NCBI GenBank assembly: GCA_052034865.1
Contig: JBPOIC010000014.1
Location: forward strand, 1 to 64,000
Source of the DNA: Myxococcota bacterium
GTDB taxonomy: Bacteria > UBA10199 > JADFYH01
Direction: 5' to 3'
Length of the DNA: 64,000 bases
The notes beneath the pieces were generated by a model. That model was not told the origin of the DNA, ran no database searches, and saw only the letters and a program-made list of their open reading frames with translations. This document shows positions 1-9,626 of this stretch, one piece after another (within the stretch, counting starts at the first letter, position 1; each line of letters begins with the position of its first letter). A program made the translations under genes and the position numbers.

Positions 1-50
1 CGACCTCCCGCGTGACAGGCGGGCGTTCTAACCAACTGAACTACGGCTCC
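1..50 (-). tRNA. tRNA-Asp (anticodon GTC), 5' portion only; 3' end lies before the window start
   Basis: Reverse complement of 1-50 reads GGAGCCG-TA-GTTC-AGTTGGTTA-GAAC-G-CCCGC-CTGTCAC-GCGGG-AGGTCG. This gives a cloverleaf acceptor, D arm and anticodon arm with loop CTGTCAC (GTC). Confidence 0.85.
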
Positions 51-164
51 AAAAACTCATCTTCTTTAGCTTTCCTGCTTAGTAAGGTCAGCCAAAGTGG
101 GTACGTCCTTAGTGTTTAGCGCCGAAAATGTAAATAATTTTCTTTGCCAAAATCTAGGATACCA

Positions 165-236
165 TGGGCGATGTAGGACTTGAACCTACGACGTCTGCCT
201 TGTAAGGGCAGCGCTCTACCTCTGAGCTAATCGCCC
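165..236 (-). tRNA. tRNA-Val (anticodon TAC)
   Basis: Reverse complement gives GGGCGAT-TA-GCTC-AGAGGTA-GAGC-G-CTGCC-CTTACAA-GGCAG-ACGTC-GTAGG-TTCAAGT-CCTAC-ATCGCCC-A. Acceptor and T arm (GTTCAAGT-like) are canonical and the anticodon loop carries TAC. Confidence 0.85.
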
Positions 237-382
237 GGAAGACGGCCTTCATAGCAGCTCGCCTTTTGAGGGTCAAGAAGATGGGTGTCTTTATCATAAG
301 TGGTTAGAAATTCCGCTGTCTTCTGGATTTCCCAAAATCTCTGTGTTAACGCCTTTTCCATTCTTAAAGAGCGCCAAGCCCT

Positions 383-2086
383 ATGCTTCAAAAACTTTCC
401 ATCCAGAATTTTGCGATTATCGATCGCCTCGATCTTGAATTTGAATCCGGACTCAACATCTTGTCGGGTGAAACCGGCGCGGGAAAATCGATCATTATCC
501 AGGCGGTGAGTTTATTGCTTGGGTCTCGTGGCTACTCAGACCTGATCCGTTCTGGGGAGTCTGAGTGTGAGGTGATGGCGACATTCGATATTGAAAAATC
601 TCCATCGGTTCGGCGTCTTCTCAGTCAGTTGGGTTATCCCGACCACTCACCTCTTGTGATTCGCCGGATCCTTGCACGCAGTGGCAAGGGAAAGATTTTT
701 ATCGACGATCAAACGGCCACCGTAGCGACGCTTCACGAAATAGGAAATAGGCTGATCGATCTGGTGAGTCAGCATGAATCCCAAAATTTGCTGAATCCTT
801 CCATGCCACTCATTTATCTGGATGAATGGGGTGGACACGGCTCCAGTCTGCACCGTTATCGTCAGGTGTATGAGGAGTATCAAAACATTCTTTTTCAGAT
901 CAAAAGTCTAGGCGAGAAGGCCAGACTCGCTCAAGAAAAGGAAGATCTGATTCGATTCCAGCTAAAGGAAATAGAAGAAGTAAATCCAAAGCCAGAGGAA
1001 GAAGAACAGCTGTTGAAAGATAAAAAAATTCTGGCCAATGCCTCGAAAATTCATGAAGCTGTATCCCAGGCAGAGTCATTTTTGTATTCCGCTTCGGGTT
1101 CCGTGACGGAACTTTTGGGCCAAGCCACCCATGCCCTCGCCCGCATTGCGCAGATTGATCCCGAGATCGATCATCCGGCAAAATCGCTTGAATCCCATGC
1201 CCTGGAGATCGAAGAAATCGCGCGGTTTTTTAATTCCTACCTAAAAAAGATCGACTTTGACTCTGGCTCCCTGACTCAAATTGAAAATCGGCTCGATATC
1301 CTTTCTTCTCTCAAGCGAAAACATGGGGGAAGTGTGACGTCGATTTTAGAGAAGAGAAGTCATCTTCAAGAACAGCTTCGACTTTTGGATGATTTCGAAG
1401 ACGCCAGTGGAGAATGGAATCGCAGGCGTGAAGAGACTGAGAATAAACTCGCTCAAGAAGGGTTGCAGCTTCGAAAACTCAGGCAGAAGGCGGCAGAAAA
1501 ACTGGCTCGCGAGATAGAAAAAGAGCTTGCGACACTATCGATGCCTCAATGTCGATTCGAAGTACGGATGAGTGCCAAAAAATCAGAAGAAGATTTGGAA
1601 GGCGGTAAAATCCATTTTTCTCCCACCGGCATGGACGACATTGAATTTCTGATTGCGCCGAATGTGGGTGAAGAGCTGAAACCTTTGGGTCTCATCGCCT
1701 CAGGCGGAGAGCTGGCCCGTATCCTTTTGGCAATCAAAACCCTGGTTCGTCGCCCCGAGAGCGCCTTTACCTTTATATTTGATGAAGTAGATACGGGAAT
1801 CGGAGGGGGGGTCGCTGAAGGAGTGGGGCGCAAACTCCAAAAAATTTCACGGTCAGCCCAGGTTTTATGTATTACCCACCTGCCTCAAATAGCTGCCTGT
1901 GCGGATTCTCATTACCAGATTTTCAACGCGCAAAAAAAACAGCGAACTCTCACGAGTGTTCGCCGTCTCGATCTTCACGAGCGAGAAGAAGAAATCGCCC
2001 GCATGTTGGCTGGGATGACAATTACTGATAAGGCAAGGCAGCATGCAAAAGAGTTGATCCGCCAGTTAAAAGAAGTTGAAGGATGA
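383..2086 (+). CDS. recN: DNA repair protein RecN
   Basis: 567 aa. N-terminal Walker A in an SMC-like head (IQNFAIIDRLDLEFESGLNILSGETGAGKSIII), central coiled coil, C-terminal signature/Walker B region. Length and architecture are typical of RecN. Confidence 0.9.
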   Translation: MLQKLSIQNFAIIDRLDLEFESGLNILSGETGAGKSIIIQAVSLLLGSRGYSDLIRSGESECEVMATFDIEKSPSVRRLLSQLGYPDHSPLVIRRILARSGKGKIFIDDQTATVATLHEIGNRLIDLVSQHESQNLLNPSMPLIYLDEWGGHGSSLHRYRQVYEEYQNILFQIKSLGEKARLAQEKEDLIRFQLKEIEEVNPKPEEEEQLLKDKKILANASKIHEAVSQAESFLYSASGSVTELLGQATHALARIAQIDPEIDHPAKSLESHALEIEEIARFFNSYLKKIDFDSGSLTQIENRLDILSSLKRKHGGSVTSILEKRSHLQEQLRLLDDFEDASGEWNRRREETENKLAQEGLQLRKLRQKAAEKLAREIEKELATLSMPQCRFEVRMSAKKSEEDLEGGKIHFSPTGMDDIEFLIAPNVGEELKPLGLIASGGELARILLAIKTLVRRPESAFTFIFDEVDTGIGGGVAEGVGRKLQKISRSAQVLCITHLPQIAACADSHYQIFNAQKKQRTLTSVRRLDLHEREEEIARMLAGMTITDKARQHAKELIRQLKEVEG

Positions 2087-2266
2087 AACTGATCGGAGGT
2101 TTTAGTCTTTTTCCAGGAATACAATCTCAGATTGACTGGTTTGGATGGGGCAGGTATGGATTGAACTTTTACGGCTTGCTCATGAACTTTTTCTGTTTTT
2201 AGCTCTTATCCTTTTGTAATCTTTTATGTTTTTAAGAAATAGCCTGTCTGTTTTCTTTAGCTTTTT

Positions 2267-2278
2267 CATCACGTGATG
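2267..2278. promoter_or_regulatory. Perfect 12-bp palindrome CATCACGTGATG 11 bp upstream of the PP2C phosphatase start
   Basis: Seen in the sequence, with a CACGTG core. Possible operator; function unknown. Confidence 0.2.
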
Positions 2279-2288
2279 GTCATTTTCT

Positions 2289-3050
2289 ATGAAAATAGAA
2301 TCCTACGGAATTTCCAATGTCGGCATGAAACGGGGTCAGAATGAAGATAATTATCTGATCAATGAAGATCTCAACCTTTTTGTCGTTGCCGACGGGATGG
2401 GAGGGCATGTCGGAGGGGAGTTTGCTTCCCGAATGGCAGTCACTACGGTTGAAGAGGTTCTACAAAGAATTTCCGGACCTGACTCAACCTTGATCCATGG
2501 GGTTAATTCTGAAGGAGCCGATTTTGGCGAGCGCCTGCGTTTTGCCATTCGGGAAGCGGGAAAACGGATTTATGATCAGGCCCTTTATGACGAAAGTTTA
2601 AAGGGGATGGGAACCACAACCGTGGCTGCACTGTTGCATGAAGGCAAGGCTTACATCGCCAATGTCGGGGATTCTCGCGGTTATTTTATTCGGGATCATC
2701 AAATTGAGCAGGCCACCGAAGATCATTCCCTAGTCGGAGAACAGATCAAGGCCGGTATTCTTTCGGCAGACGATGCAAAAGGCCATCGACTGAAAAACAT
2801 TATTACCCGATCGGTCGGATATCAGGAGGATGTTGAAAGTGATTTATCAATTCGAGATCTAAAATCGGGTGATTGCATTCTTTTGTGCTCTGATGGTCTC
2901 TCCAATCTGGTCGATAGCAAGGAAATCTGTGAATCGGTGGTTCAATATCCCCTTGTTAAGGCCTGCCAGAACCTCATCCAACTCGCCAATGAAAGGGGAG
3001 GGGATGATAATATTACGGTCGTTTTGGTGCAAGTTGTTGATATTGTTTAG
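2289..3050 (+). CDS. PP2C-family Ser/Thr protein phosphatase
   Basis: 253 aa. Motifs GMKRGQNEDNY, FVVADGMGGH, DGLSN and GGDDNITVV are typical of PPM/PP2C (Stp-like). Confidence 0.85.
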   Translation: MKIESYGISNVGMKRGQNEDNYLINEDLNLFVVADGMGGHVGGEFASRMAVTTVEEVLQRISGPDSTLIHGVNSEGADFGERLRFAIREAGKRIYDQALYDESLKGMGTTTVAALLHEGKAYIANVGDSRGYFIRDHQIEQATEDHSLVGEQIKAGILSADDAKGHRLKNIITRSVGYQEDVESDLSIRDLKSGDCILLCSDGLSNLVDSKEICESVVQYPLVKACQNLIQLANERGGDDNITVVLVQVVDIV

Positions 3051-3332
3051 GTTTTATAGGTTGACTTCTAAGCTCCCACCTTGCTAGCTAGCCCCCTCAC
3101 GACATTTCAACTCTGAGAAAAATCAGACCTTCTCTCGCAATGCTGAAAGGCTTTAACCCCCTTGTTGCAGAGAAATTTTCGGATCCTTCAAAAAAGTCAT
3201 GCGGTCCCAGCAACATCTAAGGCTTTGGGCCGATAAGGTTAATAAACACAAAGTAGTGAGTCCTCATCCTCAGCAGTCTTGATTCCAGGAGGAAGGGAGT
3301 AGTTTATTAATAGATCAGACAAGGAGTTCCCC

Positions 3333-4268
3333 ATGGCTCAATATAGTATTCTGTTGATCCCTGAAAATCACCTGGAGTCCAAACGCTTTCATTTACCCAA
3401 GATCGCGGTTCATCTGGGTCTCGTCTTCTTTGTCCTCGCCCTCTGTTTTACTACCGCCATGACCTGGGGTTTTATCCATTATCGCCAGGTTGCCCAGCAT
3501 CTTCGCACAGAAATGAAGCCAGGTGATGAGCAGACAAAAATCCAAATGATCTCAAAAATTCAGAGTCTCGAGCAGGCCTTTCAGAGGACTCAGCAATATG
3601 CTGCTCGTATTGAGTCTTTGATGCAGATGGATTCAGGTAAAATGAAGATGGGAGTAGGACCTCTTTCCGAGGAGGAAGATTTTGGAAAATACCTTGAGGA
3701 AATCAGTAAGCTTCCCAAGCCGAAAGGTCTCACTTATAACTCTTCTTTTGATACCTCTTCTAATCTTTACCAACAACTTGGCAGTAAACTTGAAGATGTT
3801 TCGAACTATGCTCTTTCTGTAGAAACCCAGCTGAATGAAGTTTATGAGCTCAGCCAGGATAAGTTTTCTTACTGGGCTTCCACCCCTTCCATTACCCCCG
3901 TCCGAGGATGGCTCACCAGCGATTTTGGAAGTCGTTCTTCTCCTTTTAATGGAGCGCCCAAATTCCATGAAGGAGTCGATATCGCGGCATCCGTGGGTTC
4001 TCCCGTCTTTGCTCCCTCTGACGGCATTGTCTCTTTTTCAGGAAACAAGGGAGGATATGGAAATGCCCTGATTTTGGATCATGGTTACGGCATTACGACT
4101 TTATATGGTCATAATTCCACCCTTGAAGTGAAGGAAGGACAAAAGGTTAAACGAGGTCAGCTCATTGCACGAGTCGGAATGAGCGGATCCACCACAGGTC
4201 CACACCTTCACTACGAAGTGCATGTTGATGGTGTCCCTACTGATCCAATGAAATTCATTTTGAGATAG
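3333..4268 (+). CDS. M23 (LytM-domain) metallopeptidase, membrane anchored with coiled-coil region
   Basis: N-terminal TM helix and a Q/E-rich coiled coil. C-terminal LytM domain with intact HxxxD (HEGVDIAA) and HxH (HLHYEVH) motifs. AGGAG RBS sits upstream of the ATG. Confidence 0.85.
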   Translation: MAQYSILLIPENHLESKRFHLPKIAVHLGLVFFVLALCFTTAMTWGFIHYRQVAQHLRTEMKPGDEQTKIQMISKIQSLEQAFQRTQQYAARIESLMQMDSGKMKMGVGPLSEEEDFGKYLEEISKLPKPKGLTYNSSFDTSSNLYQQLGSKLEDVSNYALSVETQLNEVYELSQDKFSYWASTPSITPVRGWLTSDFGSRSSPFNGAPKFHEGVDIAASVGSPVFAPSDGIVSFSGNKGGYGNALILDHGYGITTLYGHNSTLEVKEGQKVKRGQLIARVGMSGSTTGPHLHYEVHVDGVPTDPMKFILR

Positions 4269-4466
4269 CGCCTTTTCCCCAGACATTTCTGATCCAGCAG
4301 ACTTCTTTTTGTTTTTCTCCTGATTCTGTAGAGAATTCCAATAAACAGTACATTTTTTGTAAAAGGTCATTCACCGAGAATAGAAAAAAAGTGAATCAAC
4401 CATAACCTCTTAATCCGGAGTTTAACAAAGAGCTTACTGCGGTATCCTGAAAAGAAAAGAAAACGG

Positions 4467-6509
4467 ATGAATCCTGCCTGCAGAAAAAAAACTCTTTCCT
4501 TTGCATTTCGATTTCTGATTCTGACCCTTGCTTATTATCTGGCGAGCAAGTTGGGTTGTGTGTTGGCATTTTTTGCGCCTCCAACCACGGTTGTTTGGCC
4601 TGCGGTCGGTGTCGGACTTGCGGGAATGATGCTTTGGGGATATGGAGTCGCTCCTGCGATTTTTTTAGGATCGATCCTCGCCAATTATCAACTCGGGAGT
4701 TATTGGCAGACTCCCTTGCTGGTTTCCTTGGGGAATTTTCTGCAATCATTCACAGGATATTTTTTAATCCGCTCTTTCGGTTTTGGAAATGAATGCTTCC
4801 AGACACCTCGAGGGGTTTTCCGGTTTTTTGCTTTTGCAGGTGTGTTCAGTTCTTTGTTGGGAAGCTCTATCGGGAGTTATGCTTTTTTAAAAGGTCCTTC
4901 TTTTCTTAAAATTCAAACTCCCTGGATGTTTGCCTTGGCCTGGTGGTTAGGGAATATTTCGGGAGCCCTCATCATCACTCCTCTGATTCTGTTTTGGTCT
5001 CGAGCGAATCAGTTTCATTGGAAAAAAAATCAACGTCTGGAAGCGGTCTTTCTTGCCTTTTCTTTTCTGGTTTCTGCCTGGATTGTTTTCTGGCCCAGTT
5101 CTCCATTGGCTCAGAAACATTACCCAATCGCCTTTCTCTTTATTCCTCTAATGATCTGGGTGGCCTATCGTTTTGGGCCTCGGGAAACCGTTTCTCTTTT
5201 TTTCATTCTCTCGGCTTTAGCCGTATACAGCACTCTTTTTCATACAGGTCCTTTTGTTCAGGATACCCAGGATGAATCCCTTATTCTTCTCCAGATCTTT
5301 TTGGTTGTTATGGCCCTGATGACTTTGAGTATTAGCGCTAGCAGCTCGGAGTGGAGACGAATTGAAAAGGCCTTAAGACAAAGTCATGAGCGCTATCAGT
5401 CTTTAGTTTTGGCTTCGGCTCAAGTGGTGTGGACGGCGTCTCCTGAAGGAAATGTCGTCGAAGATCTGCCGAGTTGGCGAGGTTTTACGGGGCAAAGCCT
5501 GAAAGAAATTTTGGGAAGAGGATGGATGTCGGTTTTGCATCCGGAAGATCTGGAAAAAACAGCCCTGGTTTGGGAAAACTCCCTGCGGACACAAAGCGCC
5601 CATGAGAATGAATTTCGTGTGCGCAGAAGTGATGGGAGTTATGCCCATGTCTATGCCCGTGCCGTCCCTGTTTTTGAACACGAAGGTCATATTCGGGAAT
5701 GGGTAGGTACCTGTACGGATATTACGAAACGAAAGGAACAGGAAAAACTCCTCCAGCAAAAAACAGAAGAGTTGGCCAAATCCAATCGTGAACTCGAACA
5801 ACTCTCGAGCCTTAAATCAGAGTTTGTCACGATAGTGACTCATGAGCTCCGAACCCCTTTGGCCGTGATCCTCGAAGGGATCAATCTGATATTGGAAGGA
5901 GTCGATGGGCCCGTGACCCTTTCCCAAAAAGAGACTCTCAATGTGGTCAAACGCAATATCGATCGATTGGGGCGAATGGTTAATAATGTGCTCGATTTCC
6001 AGCGTTTGAGCTCTGGAATTGGTGAATTGCATTTTGAAGAAAATGATTTAAAGACCATTGTGGATGAGGTTTGCGAAGGAATGCGTCTGGAAATGGAGAA
6101 AAAACAGATTCTACTTGAAGTGAAGTCTACCGCCACAAACATGAGGGCTGTTTGCGATTCCGATCGGGTCAAACAGGTTTTGATGAATCTGATCGAGAAT
6201 GCTTTCAAGTTTACCGAGAAAAAAGGAACGATTTCAGTGGAGGTTGAAAGTGAAGGTGATGAGGTTTCTCTTTGTGTTCGGGATACGGGAAAAGGCATTC
6301 CTCAAGAGGATCAGAAAAAAATCTTTGAAATGTTCAGTCAATCGGGTTCTCAGGGTTGGAAGGCAGGAGGTTTTGGAGTCGGACTGACTGTTTGTCGAAA
6401 AATTGCAGAGGCCCATGCGGGAAAAATTCTTTTGGAAAGTAAAGAGGGAGTTGGGAGCTGTTTCAAGTTTGTTTTTCCGAGAAGAAGAAATCTGTCAGTG
6501 GTTTCGTGA
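4467..6509 (+). CDS. Sensor histidine kinase (MASE1 membrane domain - PAS - HisKA - HATPase)
   Basis: N-terminal multi-TM region with MASE1-like WPAVGVGLAGMML/APAIFLGSIL motifs. PAS-like segment, H-box VTHELRTPL and G1/G2 ATPase motifs (RDTGKGI, GGFGVGLTV). Confidence 0.85.
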   Translation: MNPACRKKTLSFAFRFLILTLAYYLASKLGCVLAFFAPPTTVVWPAVGVGLAGMMLWGYGVAPAIFLGSILANYQLGSYWQTPLLVSLGNFLQSFTGYFLIRSFGFGNECFQTPRGVFRFFAFAGVFSSLLGSSIGSYAFLKGPSFLKIQTPWMFALAWWLGNISGALIITPLILFWSRANQFHWKKNQRLEAVFLAFSFLVSAWIVFWPSSPLAQKHYPIAFLFIPLMIWVAYRFGPRETVSLFFILSALAVYSTLFHTGPFVQDTQDESLILLQIFLVVMALMTLSISASSSEWRRIEKALRQSHERYQSLVLASAQVVWTASPEGNVVEDLPSWRGFTGQSLKEILGRGWMSVLHPEDLEKTALVWENSLRTQSAHENEFRVRRSDGSYAHVYARAVPVFEHEGHIREWVGTCTDITKRKEQEKLLQQKTEELAKSNRELEQLSSLKSEFVTIVTHELRTPLAVILEGINLILEGVDGPVTLSQKETLNVVKRNIDRLGRMVNNVLDFQRLSSGIGELHFEENDLKTIVDEVCEGMRLEMEKKQILLEVKSTATNMRAVCDSDRVKQVLMNLIENAFKFTEKKGTISVEVESEGDEVSLCVRDTGKGIPQEDQKKIFEMFSQSGSQGWKAGGFGVGLTVCRKIAEAHAGKILLESKEGVGSCFKFVFPRRRNLSVVS

Positions 6510-6587
6510 ACATTTGTTGAACCCCAATCTGATGCGCGCAAGATTTTAATAAAAATGTTTATTTTTTAAAGGATTTTTTTTATATAC

Positions 6588-6611
6588 CGCCCTCAATTCG
6601 GCTGGAGGGCG
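6588..6611. promoter_or_regulatory. Hairpin (CGCCCTC-N10-GAGGGCG) in the leader of the radical SAM gene
   Basis: 7-bp inverted repeat preceded (not followed) by a T-run. This is not a classical plus-strand terminator, so it may be a 5' UTR element. Confidence 0.3.
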
Positions 6612-6667
6612 ATTTCCTGTCGAATGAAGTCCATAACCCGAAGTATTTAAAAGGAGGTTTTAAGGAT

Positions 6668-8656
6668 ATGGCCGTTGCAATCGAAGAACTTGAGGATATG
6701 CAGCAGGAAGCAAATCAAAGCAAGATCGACCGAGCCCGTAAATACTCCTTCTACTTTCCCTCCCCAGGAAAACTTGCCTCAGAAAAACTGGATCAAGGGG
6801 GTTCGCGCTTTCTCGAAAAATGCCTCGTGGGTGTTGCCAAGGCAGCCTGGCCTGTTTTCAAACTGATCAATCGTCTTTATCAGGGAAAACCCTTTCAACC
6901 CAAGTGGGCTCCCGCTCCCATTTTAAAATCCAAAGAAAAAACATTTCCTCAATTAGGCTGGCCACGGAGCACCGATTCTCTCTGCCCGGGTTGTGTGAAA
7001 GAAGTCCGTGCTGCCGTTGTCTCGGGTCAAAAAGATTACACCCATCTGATCGAAGGAAATCCTGGAGAAATCAAAGCTCAAATCATTGAAAAAGACGGCC
7101 AGATTTTTATGGTGAAAGAATGTCCCAAGCACGGGAAATTCGAAGATATCATGGCCATTGATTCTGAATTCTTAAAGCGCATTGAAAAACTTTATCCGGG
7201 CCGTGATTTTAAATCTCCCTTAACATCCCTTCGAAACCACGGTACTTCAAGCATTCAATATGGTCGCGGTGCAGTACTCACTCTTGATCTCACCAATCGC
7301 TGCAACATGATGTGTGACCCCTGTTTCATGGATGCCAATCAGGTCGGCTATGTGCATGAGCTTTCCTGGGAAGATCTCAAGGAAATTTTGGACAACTCTC
7401 TTCAGATCAAGCCCCGCAGACAAATGTCCGTTCAGTTCTCCGGTGGTGAGCCCACCCTTTCTCCGTATTTTCTTCAGGCAGTTCGTTACGCGAAAGAAGT
7501 CGGCTATTTCAGCGTACAGGCGGCCACGAATGGCATCCGTTTCGCTCAAGACCCCGATTTTGCCAGTCAGGCCTACGACGCCGGTATGCGCATTGCCTAT
7601 CTTCAGTTTGATGGCGTTGGAAACCTTTCCAATGAACATCGCAAAATTTCCAATCTCTTCGATATCAAGTTGCGTGCCATCACCAACCTGGCCAATGCCG
7701 GAATCGACGTCGTGCTTGTGACAACGATCGTGAATTCCATCAATGACCATCAGGTCGGACCGATCATCGATTTTGCGATTCAGAATTCTGATAAAATCAC
7801 TTTCTGTTCCTTCCAGCCGGTATCATTCACTGGACGTGACGAAGACGTCAGCGACGAAGATCGCGCCCGTCAGCGTTACACGCTCTCACATCTGGCTCGG
7901 GATGTGAAAAAGCAAACAGGAATCTCTGAGCCTTTGCGTGACTGGTTTCCACTTTCAGCGATTGGTCCTTTCTCCGATTTAACCGATTTGATGAAAGGTC
8001 CTGAGCAGGAATGGGGAACCTTGAAGTGCGGCTGTCATCCCAACTGTGGAACCGGCATGGCCCTTATTGTCGATAAACAGAAGAAGAAATGGTTGCCAGT
8101 TACCGAATTCATACACCTGGAAAATATCCTCAAAGACGTCCAGGAAATCGTCGATGCCTGTCAGCCCGCCTGGTTGATGAAGCTTCAAACCGCGTGTTCG
8201 ATCTTACGCAATTACGACCCATCTAAAGCCCCAAAAGAAATGACTCTCAAAGACCTTGTTCGCAAGATCGATAAACAGACCGGCGGTAGCATGACGGCAG
8301 GCAAGATCGATTATGGTGTGGGGAAAGAACGTAAAAAAGATCGTTGGCATATCATGTTTGTGGCAGGAATGTGGTTTCAGGATCTTTTCAATTACGATTT
8401 CCGAAGAACCGAAATGTGCATCATTCCTTATGGAACGCAAAAAGGAGAAATTTCTTTTTGCGCCTACAACACTGGGATCGGCTGGAGACAGATCGTTGAG
8501 GAATTGCATAAAAATGCTTCAGTGAGTGAGTGGTACCGGCAAAAAGGTCGCCACGATGTTTACGCAGGAAATAAACCGATGCATCTTCCCAGCTTCGATC
8601 ACGAGGTGAATGTTCCACCGGCAGAAGCCAGCTCGAAATCGACGGCTATTCACTAA
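6668..8656 (+). CDS. Large radical SAM protein with additional Cys-rich modules (tetraether-synthase/Tes-like candidate)
   Basis: 662 aa. Canonical CxxxCxxC (LTNRCNMMCDPCF) with a downstream SGGEPTL glycine-rich SAM motif. An N-terminal CPGC...ECPKHG module looks like a zinc ribbon or rubredoxin, and a C-terminal KCGCHPNCG motif suggests an auxiliary cluster. Strong AAAGGAGG RBS. Confidence 0.7.
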   Translation: MAVAIEELEDMQQEANQSKIDRARKYSFYFPSPGKLASEKLDQGGSRFLEKCLVGVAKAAWPVFKLINRLYQGKPFQPKWAPAPILKSKEKTFPQLGWPRSTDSLCPGCVKEVRAAVVSGQKDYTHLIEGNPGEIKAQIIEKDGQIFMVKECPKHGKFEDIMAIDSEFLKRIEKLYPGRDFKSPLTSLRNHGTSSIQYGRGAVLTLDLTNRCNMMCDPCFMDANQVGYVHELSWEDLKEILDNSLQIKPRRQMSVQFSGGEPTLSPYFLQAVRYAKEVGYFSVQAATNGIRFAQDPDFASQAYDAGMRIAYLQFDGVGNLSNEHRKISNLFDIKLRAITNLANAGIDVVLVTTIVNSINDHQVGPIIDFAIQNSDKITFCSFQPVSFTGRDEDVSDEDRARQRYTLSHLARDVKKQTGISEPLRDWFPLSAIGPFSDLTDLMKGPEQEWGTLKCGCHPNCGTGMALIVDKQKKKWLPVTEFIHLENILKDVQEIVDACQPAWLMKLQTACSILRNYDPSKAPKEMTLKDLVRKIDKQTGGSMTAGKIDYGVGKERKKDRWHIMFVAGMWFQDLFNYDFRRTEMCIIPYGTQKGEISFCAYNTGIGWRQIVEELHKNASVSEWYRQKGRHDVYAGNKPMHLPSFDHEVNVPPAEASSKSTAIH

Positions 8657-8704
8657 CCATGAATAGAGCTTTCCTCTTAAGAACATTTACCAGACAGAGG
8701 AAAG

Positions 8705-9610
8705 ATGTCAGTGTTTCCCTGGATGTTCAGGGCGTTCTCTCTTGTCGGGAGAGCGCCTTTTTTTCCTTTTTCAGGAATAACAGACTCAAGATTGAAAAAT
8801 GCTATGCAGACTTGGAATGAACAGACACGAACGATTTGGGTCACACTCGCTCCTTTAGTACTCATCAACCTCATCGCTCTCTCCACGGTTCCGATATTTG
8901 CCTACTTCCGCAAAAAAAACCCTTCAGCTACCGATTCCATTGGTGAAGTCAAAAAACGGCATCACTCAAAGTTTTTGAGCCTTTGGTTCAAGGAATACTG
9001 GTACTGGATCACAAGCCCCATCGAAAAACTTGCCCTAGCCGTCGGCCTTACTCCCAATTTTTTTACTACCTTGGGTTTTTTCATCAGTGCCCTGGCCGGC
9101 TATTTTTTTTACCGAGGTTATTGGGGGATGGCGGGTTGGACCTTGATCATCGGAGGATCCTGCGATCTTATGGATGGTCGTGTGGCGCGTGCGACGGGTC
9201 ATACGTCGGTTTCGGGGGCCTTTTATGATTCGGTGATGGATCGATATGGCGAGCTTGTCTGTTTTGCCGGTTTGGCGGGCTATTACCGTAATCATTTTAT
9301 GTTTTGGGTGGTTTTAGCCGCGATTACGGGTTCGATGATGGTGAGTTACACCCGAGCGCGTGGCCAGGCGGCGGGAGTGGATTGCGATAAAGGACCTATG
9401 CAACGACCCGAGAGAATTGTTTATCTCGCGGTAGGATCGATCTTCAGTCCGATGATGGCCTACCTGCTAAGCCCCTGGGGTTCGCTCCCTTCTGAATTTC
9501 TTACCATGCTCGCGCTGATTCTGATTGCCGTGATGACCAATCTCACTGCCTTATATCGTCTTCTATGGGTTTACAAAAGATTGCCTGCCGCCAAAGTACA
9601 TTCCTCATAA
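8705..9610 (+). CDS. CDP-alcohol phosphatidyltransferase family protein
   Basis: Polytopic membrane protein with the D-G-x2-A-R-x8-G-x3-D-x3-D signature (DLMDGRVARATGHTSVSGAFYDSVMDRYGE). Confidence 0.85.
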   Translation: MSVFPWMFRAFSLVGRAPFFPFSGITDSRLKNAMQTWNEQTRTIWVTLAPLVLINLIALSTVPIFAYFRKKNPSATDSIGEVKKRHHSKFLSLWFKEYWYWITSPIEKLALAVGLTPNFFTTLGFFISALAGYFFYRGYWGMAGWTLIIGGSCDLMDGRVARATGHTSVSGAFYDSVMDRYGELVCFAGLAGYYRNHFMFWVVLAAITGSMMVSYTRARGQAAGVDCDKGPMQRPERIVYLAVGSIFSPMMAYLLSPWGSLPSEFLTMLALILIAVMTNLTALYRLLWVYKRLPAAKVHSS

Positions 9611-9626
9611 ATCAGAAGTTTTTTCA

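Noticed and set aside
300-509. 69-aa ORF overlapping the recN start
   Set aside because: Overlaps the well-supported recN frame, has no RBS, and is low-complexity. Treated as spurious.
5403-5801. Antisense ORFs inside long genes (for example 5403-5801, 11095-11700, 27771-28322, 45345-45920, 32052-32459)
   Set aside because: Shadow ORFs on the opposite strand of strongly supported genes with recognisable domains. No independent support.
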